Positions 43,882 through 53,338 of a stretch of DNA of 64,000 nt are shown here, one piece after another. The notes under the pieces are model-generated. The model did no database searches, had not been told where the DNA came from, and saw only the letters and a list, made by a program, of their open reading frames with translations. Source of the stretch: an uncultured bacterium (lineage in GTDB: Bacteria; Armatimonadota; Hebobacteria; Hebobacterales; Hebobacteraceae); the NCBI GenBank assembly GCA_964559435.1, contig CAZLHI010000001.1, positions 103,168-167,167 on the forward strand. The letters run 5' to 3'. Numbering within the stretch: the first letter of the stretch is position 1; each line of letters begins with the position of its first letter. A program made the translations under genes and the position numbers.

Positions 43882-45059
43882 CCGATCCGCACCCTCTCCT
43901 TGATACGCTGCACCGCTTCCACTATCCGCTCTTCCTGCCGCTCGCCCTGCACCGTGAGCGAGAAGCGCACGTAGCCTTCCCCGTGATCGCCGTAGGTGCT
44001 GCCGGGCGTGGCCAGGACGGCTGCGTCGCGGAGAAGAGCTTCGGCCAGCTCCTCCGACGTGTAGCTTCCGAGGACGGGCGCCCAGACATAACAGGTGGCC
44101 GGGGGCTTCGGGATCTTCCAGCCATTCTCGGCCAAACCGTCTGTAAGCAGGTCGCGCCTCCTCTGGTAAACCTGGCGCATATCATCCACGCAGTCCTGGG
44201 GGCCGGTAAGGGCCGCGACACCGGCTTCCTGAATCGCGAAGAACACGCCGGAGTCGACGTTGGACTTGAGCTTCTCGAGGGCGTCAAGCGCGTCCGCGTT
44301 CCCGACCGCGAACCCAAGCCGCCAGCCCGTCATGTTGTAGGTCTTCGACAGCGAGTGTATCTCGATCGCGACCTCTTTCGCCCCCTCAACTTCCAGCAGG
44401 CTGTGCGGCTTCTGGCCGTCGTAGTACAGCTCCGAATAGGCCATGTCCAGACAGACGAGGACATCCCGTTCGCGAGCGAAATCCACCAGGCTTCTGTAGA
44501 AGTCAAGTGTCGCGACCGCGCCGGTCGGCATGTTTGGGTAGCACAGGTACATGAGACGCGCGCGATCAAGCACATCTGCGGGAATGGCGTCGAGGTCGGG
44601 CAGATACTTGGCGCTGGCGACGAGCGGAAACCGGTGAACATCGGCCCCCGCGAACATCGACGCAACGTTGTAGACCGGATAGGCCGGGTCGGGAACGAGG
44701 GCAATGTCCCCCGGATTGAGGACCGCCCAGGCCAGATGGGCAAGGGCCTCCTTTGCGCCGATCACCCGCAGCACCTCCCGATCGGGGTCAAGCTCGACGC
44801 CAAACCGCTCGCGGTACCAGGCGGCGACGGCATGGCGATAGGCCGGCAGGCCGCGGCCCGTTTCGTCATACTGGTGTGTCTTGGGGTCCAGGGCAGCCTT
44901 GCGCAGCGCCTCCACGATGTGGGCGGGCGTAGGCTGGTCGGGGTCACCGATGCCGAAGTCGATGAGGTCCACACCGTCCTCGATTGCCTTGGACTTCAAC
45001 CGTCCCAGCTCCGCAAATGGATACGGCGGCGTTCTCAGAAGTCGCTTTGCAACCTGCAT
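43878..45059 (-). CDS. dapL: LL-diaminopimelate aminotransferase (class I/II aminotransferase)
   Basis: PLP-lysine region SLSKTYNMTGWRLG. N-terminal PYPFAELGRLK...IDFGIGDPD is typical of DapL. Adjacent to dapF. Confidence 0.8.
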   Translation of the reverse strand: MQVAKRLLRTPPYPFAELGRLKSKAIEDGVDLIDFGIGDPDQPTPAHIVEALRKAALDPKTHQYDETGRGLPAYRHAVAAWYRERFGVELDPDREVLRVIGAKEALAHLAWAVLNPGDIALVPDPAYPVYNVASMFAGADVHRFPLVASAKYLPDLDAIPADVLDRARLMYLCYPNMPTGAVATLDFYRSLVDFARERDVLVCLDMAYSELYYDGQKPHSLLEVEGAKEVAIEIHSLSKTYNMTGWRLGFAVGNADALDALEKLKSNVDSGVFFAIQEAGVAALTGPQDCVDDMRQVYQRRRDLLTDGLAENGWKIPKPPATCYVWAPVLGSYTSEELAEALLRDAAVLATPGSTYGDHGEGYVRFSLTVQGERQEERIVEAVQRIKERVRIG

Positions 45060-45104
45060 GTTAGATCCTCCCCATTTGTGACGCTCCTTGGACGGCCGGG
45101 CCTG

Positions 45105-45962
45105 CTAGAGCCCCTCGTCGAGGTGGGTCTCCCCCGTGCAGACCTCCTCCGCGGGGCCTTCAGTGAAAACGTGATCGTCTTCCCGGTTCCAGCTCACCTT
45201 CAGGTCGCCGCCGGGAAGGTGGACGACCGCCTTCCGCGCAGACCGATCGTTCAAGACGGCGGCCACCAGCGCCGCGGACGCCCCGGTGCCGCACGCGAGT
45301 GTCTCTCCTGCGCTTCGCTCCCACACCCGCATCTTGATCTCGCCCTCCCCCACCATCTGCACGAACTCGACATTTGTGCGCCGAGGGAAGACTTCGTGAT
45401 TCTCAATGGCCGGTCCGATCTCATCTACCTTGACTCTCTGGACGTCTTTGACGAATAGCACACAGTGGGGATTGCCCATCGACAGCGCCGTGACCTCGCA
45501 GCGCGTGCCGCGAACTCGTATGCGCTCTCCGATGACGCTCTCCTGGTCCGGCCCCTTCATTGGGATCTCGGATCGACGCAGGCGCGGCCGCCCCATGTCC
45601 ACACGCGCACCCGTGACCCGCCCGCCCCGCATGCGCAGATGCGGCCGGATGATCCCCGCCGGCGTCTCTATCTCCATCTCCCGATGTCTCGTGTATCCCT
45701 TCTCGTACACGAACTTGGCAAACAGCCGAACGCCGTTCCCGCACATCTCGGCCTCGCTGCCATCCGAGTTGAAGATACGCATCCTGAAGTCGGCGGCGCG
45801 CGAGGGCAGCACGAGTATCAGCCCGTCGGCACCCACGCCGAAATGCCGGTCAGACAGCGCCTTCGCTATGGCGGGCAGCTTGCTCTCTGGCGGCGCGCTC
45901 TTGATTGCGTCCACCAAAAGGTAGTCGTTCCCAAGACCGTGCATCTTCGTAAACTTGATCAT
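45105..45962 (-). CDS. dapF: Diaminopimelate epimerase
   Basis: HGLGNDYLLV and the catalytic-Cys motifs MCGNG and ACGTGASA. Confidence 0.93.
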   Translation of the reverse strand: MIKFTKMHGLGNDYLLVDAIKSAPPESKLPAIAKALSDRHFGVGADGLILVLPSRAADFRMRIFNSDGSEAEMCGNGVRLFAKFVYEKGYTRHREMEIETPAGIIRPHLRMRGGRVTGARVDMGRPRLRRSEIPMKGPDQESVIGERIRVRGTRCEVTALSMGNPHCVLFVKDVQRVKVDEIGPAIENHEVFPRRTNVEFVQMVGEGEIKMRVWERSAGETLACGTGASAALVAAVLNDRSARKAVVHLPGGDLKVSWNREDDHVFTEGPAEEVCTGETHLDEGL

Positions 45963-46211
45963 CGCCGTTCTCCGGTTCGACCTGCTATGAGTCCTTCGCC
46001 TGCCGACCCGGCGCTTCGGAACTCCCGCCAGTCAAACAAGAAGGCGCCGGTCGGCTTCTGCGATCCGCTCCGGCGCCCTGCTCTCTACCTCATCCGTCGC
46101 TCTGCTGTCAGCGAGACCTGCCTCCTGAAGCAAGCGTGCGGCGGCGCAGGGCGAGCCCGGGCGGCCCGCCATAGCGCTTTCCGCGCTTCTTCGCTTCCGC
46201 AATCCGCATCC

Positions 46212-47138
46212 TCACCGCCATCGCCTCTCAATCAGCTCCGCCACCTTCGGCGGCCCGCCGACCTTCTGCACATCCATCCATTCGATTCGCGGGTCAGCCC
46301 GAAACCACGTCAACTGCCGCTTCGCAAACCGCCGCGTGTCTCGCTTCAGTCGCCGCACCGCCTCCTCCAGAGCAATCGCTCCCCCTATGTGCGCGGCGAT
46401 CTGGGCGTAGCCCAGGCCCTTCATCGCAACCAGGCTCTCTCTGTAGCCCCGCTCGATCAGGCCCCGCACTTCATCGACGAGGCCCTCGGCCATCATGCGA
46501 TCGACGCGGGCCTCTATGCGCCGATACAACTCGTCCCGGTCGAGGGTGAGCCCGAACTGCTTCGTATTGTACCGCGCGGCCTCCCGCCGGTCAACCTTCT
46601 CGCGGCCCGCATCCGCTCGGCCGGACCCCTCGGCCACCTCCAGCGCGCGGATGATTCGCTTCTGGTCGTTTGGGTGAATCCGAGCCGCAGCCTCCGGATC
46701 GACCTCCGCAAGCCACTCGTGCAGCGCGCGTGTCCCCCTGCTTCCCGCTTCCCCGACAAGCCTGCGTCGGAGTTCGGGGTCTGGTGGTACCTGCGCGAAG
46801 TCCATTTCCTCCACCACCGCCCGCACGTAGAGGCCGCTGCCCCCCACGAGGATCGGCTGCCGGCCGCGTGCCCAGATGTCCGCCAGCGCTGCGTCCGCGC
46901 GGGCCTGGTAGTCGGCAACGGAGAACGGTTGGTCGGGAGCGATGATGTCAATCAGGTGGTGGGGCGTGCGCCTTCGCTGTTCGGCCGTTGGCTTCGCCGT
47001 CCCGATGTCCATGCCGCGGTACACCTGCATGGAATCGGCCGACACGATCTCGCCGCCCAGCGACTCGGCGAGCAGGATGCCCACTTCGCTCTTGCCAGTT
47101 GCCGTCGGCCCGACGATGGCCAGCAGGCGCGGATCCAT
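46212..47138 (-). CDS. miaA: tRNA dimethylallyltransferase
   Basis: IVGPTATGKS P-loop; full-length MiaA. Confidence 0.93.
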   Translation of the reverse strand: MDPRLLAIVGPTATGKSEVGILLAESLGGEIVSADSMQVYRGMDIGTAKPTAEQRRRTPHHLIDIIAPDQPFSVADYQARADAALADIWARGRQPILVGGSGLYVRAVVEEMDFAQVPPDPELRRRLVGEAGSRGTRALHEWLAEVDPEAAARIHPNDQKRIIRALEVAEGSGRADAGREKVDRREAARYNTKQFGLTLDRDELYRRIEARVDRMMAEGLVDEVRGLIERGYRESLVAMKGLGYAQIAAHIGGAIALEEAVRRLKRDTRRFAKRQLTWFRADPRIEWMDVQKVGGPPKVAELIERRWR

Positions 47139-47142
47139 TGCC

Positions 47143-48864
47143 CTAGCGGCGGAACTTCCGGTCGATCTCGAAATGTGAGATCGTCATCACGATTGGCCAG
47201 CCGTGGGGACAGGTATATGGCCGGGCCGTCCCGGCGAGCGACCGCAGCAGCTCTGCCATCTCCTCGCCGGACAGACGGTCGCCCGCCTTGACAGACGAGC
47301 GGCAAGACAGAGCGATCAGCAATTTCTCCCGGCGCCGATCCACGGAGCTGCTGCTGTGGCTCGCACACATCTCTTCTGCCACATCTTTCACAAGGCCGCC
47401 CGGGTCGCCGTCAGTCAGCTCAACGGGCACCGCACGAACGAGGAAAGCGTCGCGGCCGAACGGCTCGAGCTCGAACCCCAAGGCTCGCAAGTCTCCCAAC
47501 TGATCTTCGAGGGCGGCCGCCTCCTGCGGGCCGAGCTGGACGGAGGCCGGGGTGAGCAATGCCTGGCCTTGGCCCTTGTTGGACAGCCGGGCCTGCGCGA
47601 ACCGCTCGTAGAGCACGCGCTCCTGAGCTCGATGCTGGTCCACAAGCAGCAGGCCGCCACGGCTCTCGGCCACGATATAGGTGTCACGCAGTTGGGCGAG
47701 TGGACGCAGCTCGAGCTGCTCGCCCGCGGCGGCCTGGAACGCCTGTGACAGCACTCCCGGAGCGGCCAGCGTTCCGGCCCACCCCGTCTCGAGCTGCGGC
47801 TGGCCTCCGCCTTCACCGGGCGGAGTCGCCGCGGCGCCGGCGCGAGCTGACGGACTCGCTATTCCCGCCCCAGCAGCTCCGCCGGCTCGAAGGGCCTCTT
47901 GCACGGCACTGAGCAGGAAACGGTGAATCTCCGGCTCGCGACTGAGCCTGACCTCGGCCTTCGTCGGATGCACGTTCACGTCCACTGCCCGGGGCTCGAC
48001 CTCGAGCAGCACCGCCGCCGCGGGGAATCTGCGCTCGGGAACCAGCCCTCGGTAGGCTTCATCCAGGGCGTGCGTCAGAACTCGATTGCGCACCCATCTC
48101 CGGTTGATGTAGAGGAACTGTCGCTTCCTCGTCGCCCGGTGCAGCGAGGGCGCGGACACGAGCCCTACCACATCCAGAGCGGCTGCCTTCTTCTCGACCG
48201 GCACCATCGCCTCGGCGAGTTCGCGACCCCAGGCGGCCAGCACGGCCGCCCCACGGTCGGCTGAGCCTCCGTGTTGGACCACATCTCTTCCCTCGACGCG
48301 CAGATGCAACGCCGTCTGCGGGTGGGAGAAGAGGAAGCGCGTGAATGTCTCCGTGATGTGAGCCACTTCAGCGGCGTCTCGGCGCAGGAACTTGAGCCGG
48401 GCCGGCGTGTTGTAGAAGAGCCGACTGATCGAGACCTGGGTCCCGACGGGGGCGCCCACCTCTTCGAGCTCGATCACCTCGCCGCCGACGGCCGTGAGCT
48501 TCGTCCCGGATTCAGCCTCCCGAGCACGCGTCACCATCGTGAGGTGTGATACAGAGGCGATGCTCGGAAGGGCCTCTCCCCTGAAGCCCAAGGTCGCCAC
48601 GCCAAAGAGATCGTCGGCTGTTCGGATCTTGCTGGTAGCGTGGCGCTGCAAGGAGAGAACTGCGTCTTCACGAGTCATGCCGCAGCCGTCGTCCGTGACG
48701 CGCATCAGGCCTCGGCCGCCTTCACGCACCTCGACTTCGACTCGGCGCGCCCCGGCGTCCAGCGCGTTTTCCACCAGCTCTTTGACGACCGAGGCGGGTC
48801 GCTCTATCACCTCCCCGGCGGCGATCTTGCTGGCAGTCGATTCGTCAAGAATGACGATGCTCAT
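47143..48864 (-). CDS. mutL: DNA mismatch repair protein MutL
   Basis: ATG at 48864 gives MSIVILDESTASKIAAGEVIERPASVVKELVENALDAG (GHKL ATPase). GFRGEAL motif and a C-terminal dimerisation domain are present. Confidence 0.93.
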   Translation of the reverse strand: MSIVILDESTASKIAAGEVIERPASVVKELVENALDAGARRVEVEVREGGRGLMRVTDDGCGMTREDAVLSLQRHATSKIRTADDLFGVATLGFRGEALPSIASVSHLTMVTRAREAESGTKLTAVGGEVIELEEVGAPVGTQVSISRLFYNTPARLKFLRRDAAEVAHITETFTRFLFSHPQTALHLRVEGRDVVQHGGSADRGAAVLAAWGRELAEAMVPVEKKAAALDVVGLVSAPSLHRATRKRQFLYINRRWVRNRVLTHALDEAYRGLVPERRFPAAAVLLEVEPRAVDVNVHPTKAEVRLSREPEIHRFLLSAVQEALRAGGAAGAGIASPSARAGAAATPPGEGGGQPQLETGWAGTLAAPGVLSQAFQAAAGEQLELRPLAQLRDTYIVAESRGGLLLVDQHRAQERVLYERFAQARLSNKGQGQALLTPASVQLGPQEAAALEDQLGDLRALGFELEPFGRDAFLVRAVPVELTDGDPGGLVKDVAEEMCASHSSSSVDRRREKLLIALSCRSSVKAGDRLSGEEMAELLRSLAGTARPYTCPHGWPIVMTISHFEIDRKFRR

Positions 48865-49123
48865 GCGGGAGCAGATTCGCCGATGGCAAGAGCGGTCCTG
48901 CACCCCCCAGCGGGGCCGGAGGCTCGGGCCCAGCGAGAGCCGTCGGTGCGGCAAATCACGTCCATTGCCGGCATGCCGTTTCACGGAGATGTCAGGTCCT
49001 GGCAACGCCACGGCCGACCGTAGCAGGGCTGAGCGGCCTTTGACATACAAGCTTAACAGTTCTCACCTATGTTTGTGAGGAAAGGACGTAGCATCCGAGA
49101 CCCACCCAATGGGAGGGAGACAA

Positions 49124-49612
49124 GTGTCAAGAGTCTTGTGGTGGGCGTTCGTCGCATTCGCTCTCGCTTTTGCTTCCGGTTGCTCCGGCCGAGCAACTCG
49201 ACAGGCCCCGTCGGCCCTGGCGCCGACGGAGACGCAGGAACCTGCGGGTGAGAAGGCAGGCATTGCGTGGTCGCACGACTTCGAGGCCGGCCTGGCGCAG
49301 GCCCGCGAGTCCGGTAAGCCACTCATGGTGGACGTTTTCGCCACCTGGTGCCCGCCCTGCAAGCAGCTGGACGCGGAGGTGTTCTCCCGAGCCGATGTTG
49401 CTAAGGCCAGCGAAAGCTTTGTGACCGTACGAATAGACGGCGACGAGCACCCGGACCTGCGGGAGAAACTCAAGGTGAGCGCGTATCCGACCGTGCTCTT
49501 CCTCATGCCTGATGGCACGGAGATTGGCAGGTCGCTCGGGGCCGTCTCATACCAAGTCATGCTGGACGAGATGGCCAAGGCCAAGACGGAGTTCACCGGC
49601 CGGTCCGGTTGA
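49124..49612 (+). CDS. Thioredoxin-fold lipoprotein (Thioredoxin_7-like, CPPC active site)
   Basis: GTG at 49124 follows GGGAGGGAGA (an alternative ATG lies at 49109). Lipobox LAFASGC. KPLMVDVFATWCPPCKQLD ... YPTVLFLMPDG. Confidence 0.8.
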   Translation: MSRVLWWAFVAFALAFASGCSGRATRQAPSALAPTETQEPAGEKAGIAWSHDFEAGLAQARESGKPLMVDVFATWCPPCKQLDAEVFSRADVAKASESFVTVRIDGDEHPDLREKLKVSAYPTVLFLMPDGTEIGRSLGAVSYQVMLDEMAKAKTEFTGRSG

Positions 49613-49632
49613 GCACTCGACGGAGGGCGTAA

Positions 49633-50529
49633 TTGATAAGAGCTGCGCTGGTCATCATCCTGGGGATCCTGGTAGTGGTCGGTGGTGTGTTCGCGTGGCG
49701 TGCCCAGAGTCGCCCGTCGGAGCCGATCGCGGCTGAGCCCTCGACCCTGTATCTCGCGGTGCCTATGGGGGTATTCGTCCCGCTGAGCCAAGTGATGGAG
49801 AAGTTCACGGCGCTGCATCCGAACGTCAGCTTCGATACGATTGTTGACACGCCCGAGACCATGGCGCAGGCCGTGGAGGAGAACGAGAGGAAGCCCGACA
49901 TCTTCATCTCCCCCGGCGGCCACGAGGCGACCGTTCTGGCCGAGAAGGGCTTCATCGACCCCGAATCGATGGTCGCCTTCGGCAGCTACGAGGTCGCGAT
50001 TCTCGTTCCAAGAGGGAACCCAGGGGGAATCGAGAAGCCGGCGGACTTACTGAACGCCGAAGTGGAGGTCATCTCCTTCTCCCCGCCGGACCTGACGGCG
50101 GCCTCACACGCGGCCAGGCAGGCGCTGCAGAACATGGCACTCTGGGAGAAGGTGAAGCCCAAGGTCCGGGTCACGGGCTGCTGCAACGAATCGTACCAGT
50201 GGGTCGTGGACCGACGCGCCGAGGCCAATGTTCAGTTCCTCGGGTGTCCGATCGATCCAAAGACTACCGAGATGTCGGACAAGGACAAGGCTGAGATCGC
50301 GTGCGTATTCCCTCGCGACACGTACTACGTTCCGCGCAACGTGGCCGGCATCCTCACCACGACGGACAAGAGAGAGCTTGCCGAGGAGTTTCTCAGCTTC
50401 CTCACCGCGCCGGAGATGATCGCCTTCATGTCGACGAAGAAGCTTCGCAACGACCAAGAACTTCCCCTGATGCCCGGCCCCTGGGGGCCGGCGCAGGAAG
50501 CCGGCCCGGCAAGGGTGGCGAGCCGATGA
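49633..50529 (+). CDS. Membrane-anchored ModA-family periplasmic binding protein, non-canonical binding site
   Basis: TTG at 49633 follows GGAGGG. One N-terminal TM helix. ModA-like core (DIFISPGGHEATVLAEKG ... VAILVP ...). The ModA AAASL oxyanion motif reads AVPMGV. A Cys cluster is present (TGCCNES, FLGCP). Confidence 0.7.
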   Translation: MIRAALVIILGILVVVGGVFAWRAQSRPSEPIAAEPSTLYLAVPMGVFVPLSQVMEKFTALHPNVSFDTIVDTPETMAQAVEENERKPDIFISPGGHEATVLAEKGFIDPESMVAFGSYEVAILVPRGNPGGIEKPADLLNAEVEVISFSPPDLTAASHAARQALQNMALWEKVKPKVRVTGCCNESYQWVVDRRAEANVQFLGCPIDPKTTEMSDKDKAEIACVFPRDTYYVPRNVAGILTTTDKRELAEEFLSFLTAPEMIAFMSTKKLRNDQELPLMPGPWGPAQEAGPARVASR

Positions 50530-51350
50530 GCCGCGGCGCGCAGATTCTGATTATCGTTCTGCTCCTCGCGGTCGTCGCGCTGGGCGGGCTGTTGGTGCGA
50601 GCGCGGCAGGGATCGGGAGGAAGCGCACCGGCAAACCTGATTGTGTACGCGCCGTGTGGCATGAACGGTCCCTTGCAGATCGCGTCGCAGAAGTTCCGGC
50701 AGATGAACCCCGACGTGCCGCTGCAGGTGGTGTACGACAATGCGAACGTACTGGTGCGGAAGATCCGCCGCGGCGACCGGCCAGATGTCTTCATCTCGCC
50801 GGGCGAGGTGGAGATGCAGCTTCTCGCCGCGGAAGGGGCCGTCGACGAGGGCACAGTGACGGACTTCGGGACGCTTGACCTCGTCGTGATTGCACCCGAC
50901 AAGACGAAGGGTCTGGATTCGATTCGCGGGCTCACATCGCCCGACATCAAGACGATCTCGCTCGCGGATCCCCAGTACAACTCGATCGGGTTCTACGCAA
51001 AGGAGGCCTTGCAGACGCTGGGGCTGTGGGACCAGCTCCAGTCGAAGCTGTTCCTGCGCGAGTACCCGCTGGAGGCGGTGACGCTCGCCACCACCGGCCA
51101 AGTTGACGCCGGCATCACCTACCTCACCTGCCCGCTCGATACCAACCCGGAGAAGGCGGACGCATCGGGCGTGCGAATTGTGGAGAAGCTGCCGCGCGAT
51201 GCCTATCGGCCAGTGCGGTTGCAGGTGGCGATGCTGAAGGGCACTGCACAGAGCGAGTACGGCCAACGCTACATCGACTTCCTGGTGTCGCCGGAGGGTC
51301 AACAGGCGGTGGCCACCAGCGGCATCCTCCCCGTTGAGCTGATCCAATGA
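50526..51350 (+). CDS. Membrane-anchored ModA-family periplasmic binding protein, second paralogue
   Basis: ATGA overlap with the preceding gene. One N-terminal TM helix. Collinear with E. coli ModA (DVFISPGEVEMQLL, LVVIAP, DPQYNSIGFYAKEALQTLGLWDQL, AGITYLT), but AAASL reads APCGMN and SSG reads NAN. Confidence 0.75.
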   Translation: MSRGAQILIIVLLLAVVALGGLLVRARQGSGGSAPANLIVYAPCGMNGPLQIASQKFRQMNPDVPLQVVYDNANVLVRKIRRGDRPDVFISPGEVEMQLLAAEGAVDEGTVTDFGTLDLVVIAPDKTKGLDSIRGLTSPDIKTISLADPQYNSIGFYAKEALQTLGLWDQLQSKLFLREYPLEAVTLATTGQVDAGITYLTCPLDTNPEKADASGVRIVEKLPRDAYRPVRLQVAMLKGTAQSEYGQRYIDFLVSPEGQQAVATSGILPVELIQ

Positions 51351-51850
51351 GCGAAGGAACTCGCAAGAAGGGCGGCCAGAATGTCGTCTTCATCACCGTC
51401 GTCGCGCTCCTCCTCGCAGCACTGGCCGTAGAGGCGTTCCTGCTGCTGCGCCCCAAGAAACCACCTGCCCGCCCGGCCGAGGCACAGGCTGCGGTCGCCG
51501 CCGGAGCCAGCCAGCGGACGGAGACATTTGGCGAGCCAGGCGCGCCGATCAAGATCGACTTCTACGCGCCACTGACACTTGAGTGGCATCAGAAGACTAT
51601 CGGCCTGCTGCGGGAGTACAACGACCAGCACCTCGGGCGGATCTTCGTCCGCCTCATGCCCATGGGCAATGAGGAGTGCGACGAAGAGATCAACGCCAAG
51701 GGCATCACCTGTGCCGTCATCTTCATCAATGGTGAGAATGAGTTCACCCTCCCTGGCGGCCGCGCCGTCGAGCTATACAAACGTCCCAACCAGTCCACCT
51801 CCACCTACAACAGCGAGGACGTCATCACAATCCTCGACCTGATGCCGTAG
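51347..51850 (+). CDS. Membrane-anchored protein, possibly a thioredoxin/DsbA-like fold lacking CxxC
   Basis: ATGA overlap with the preceding gene. N-terminal TM helix. APIKIDFYAPLTLEWH sits where DsbA-like proteins carry CxxC. The fold assignment is only a guess. Confidence 0.5.
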   Translation: MSEGTRKKGGQNVVFITVVALLLAALAVEAFLLLRPKKPPARPAEAQAAVAAGASQRTETFGEPGAPIKIDFYAPLTLEWHQKTIGLLREYNDQHLGRIFVRLMPMGNEECDEEINAKGITCAVIFINGENEFTLPGGRAVELYKRPNQSTSTYNSEDVITILDLMP

Positions 51851-52137
51851 CCGCCCCCTGCCCGCGCGTTCTATGGGAAGCTGCGGCCACAGGCGGCATG
51901 GACCCTTCGCACTCCACAATCCCGTCCCTGGCGGCCCGACCGACTAGGAACGCGACCTCGCTCTGACGAACCTCAGTCGTGAAATGGCTGCGGCCCGAGG
52001 CACCGAGTGGACCCGCCTGACTGCAACTCCGCGCTCGGCCCTGCGGCAGAGCCCCGTTGCGCGAGCGAGGGCGAGACCCAGGGGAGTTGGACAAGTACCC
52101 TGGAGGTGACCGGCCGCAAGCACGGGCATATGGCTAC

Positions 52138-53313
52138 ATGCTTGAAACTCGGTTGCTGAGAAGGCTGGATTGGTCGCTGGTTATCGCCGTGCTGGCGCTC
52201 TGCCTGTACGGCCTCGTTATGGTCTACTCGTCCACGCTCTCCCCAGAAGCGACGCGTCTCGGCCCGCCGAGCTCGTTCGCTCTCAGGCAGTCAATCTGGC
52301 TGTTCCTGGGTCTCTGCGTCTTCGTCATCACGATTCTCATCGACTACGAACGGATCGCCCGGTGGCACGTCCCGCCCTACGCGGCAGCCATCCTCCTTCT
52401 CATCGCAGTGCTCTTCCTCGGACGCGCGCCGGCGGGCGCGGCCAGCTGGATCGCTGTAGGGGGCTTTCGACTCCAGCCGTCCGAGTTCGCGAAGATCGCG
52501 GTGATCCTTTCCCTCGCTGCCTTCCTCAGCCGCCGGATGGATGCCATCGGAGACACGAAAGCTGTGCTCCTATCCCTGCTGATACCGGCGGGGCCGGTTC
52601 TGCTGGTGCTGCTTCAGCCGGACTTCGGCACGGCCCTGGTCGTGGTTGCCATCTGGTTTGGCGCGCTGTACTTGGCGGGCGCGAACGCGCGGCACCTGGG
52701 GGCCGTCTTCGCGGGCGGGCTGGCGGTGTTCGCCCTCATGTGGAATCTGAACCGACTTCCGCTTGAGCGAATCAGCCCGAAGCCGCTCGCGCGCATTGCC
52801 GCCGGGGCGGCCCTCAAGGACTATCAAAAGCGGCGGCTGACCATCTTCCTCAACCCTCAGGCCGATCCACTCGGGGCGGGATATCATGTGATCCAATCGC
52901 GGGTCGCCATCGGGTCGGGCAAGCTGTTCGGGCGCGGCCTCTTTCGCGGCACGCAGAGTCGGCTGCGATTCATACCCGAGCGCCACACGGACTTCATCTT
53001 TTCGGTTGTCGGCGAAGAGCTTGGCCTCGTCGGTGCAGGGGCGATGCTAGTCCTCTATCTCTTCATATTCTGGCGCGGGCTGCGGATCGCCATTCGCGCA
53101 CGCGATCCCTTGGGTTCCCTCCTCGCGGCGGGCGCAATCTCAATGCTCATGTTTCATACTGTCGTGAACATAGGCATGAGCGTGAACATCATGCCCATCA
53201 CCGGGCTGCCGCTCCCATTTGTCAGCTATGGAGGCAGTAATCTGGTGGCGAGCTTCATCGCATTTGGGCTGCTGCAAAACGTCCACATGCGGCGGGACAG
53301 AATGCTCTTCTGA
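52138..53313 (+). CDS. rodA: SEDS peptidoglycan glycosyltransferase RodA/FtsW family
   Basis: ATG at 52138 gives MLETRLLRRLDWSLVIAVL. PSEFAKIAVIL and LPFVSYGGSNLV motifs. It is the second SEDS gene in the window and has no adjacent PBP2. Confidence 0.85.
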   Translation: MLETRLLRRLDWSLVIAVLALCLYGLVMVYSSTLSPEATRLGPPSSFALRQSIWLFLGLCVFVITILIDYERIARWHVPPYAAAILLLIAVLFLGRAPAGAASWIAVGGFRLQPSEFAKIAVILSLAAFLSRRMDAIGDTKAVLLSLLIPAGPVLLVLLQPDFGTALVVVAIWFGALYLAGANARHLGAVFAGGLAVFALMWNLNRLPLERISPKPLARIAAGAALKDYQKRRLTIFLNPQADPLGAGYHVIQSRVAIGSGKLFGRGLFRGTQSRLRFIPERHTDFIFSVVGEELGLVGAGAMLVLYLFIFWRGLRIAIRARDPLGSLLAAGAISMLMFHTVVNIGMSVNIMPITGLPLPFVSYGGSNLVASFIAFGLLQNVHMRRDRMLF

Positions 53314-53338
53314 CCTGCACATTAGGAGGTGGCGAATC

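Noticed and set aside
46108-46209. A 33-codon basic ORF (MRIAEAKKRGKRYGGPPGLALRRRTLASGGRSR) right after miaA, where hfq might be expected.
   Set aside because: It is far too short, it is unrelated to the Hfq Sm motifs, and it has no SD. The faint likeness to a recombinase linker (AKxRGKxxGRP) is not enough. It is kept only as a note in the hfq finding.
45465-47291. A 608-aa plus-strand ORF antisense to dapF, the miaA-dapF gap and miaA.
   Set aside because: It has a Pro/Arg/Leu-rich low-complexity translation and no domain. The opposite strand carries well-conserved dapF and miaA. This is a GC-driven shadow ORF.
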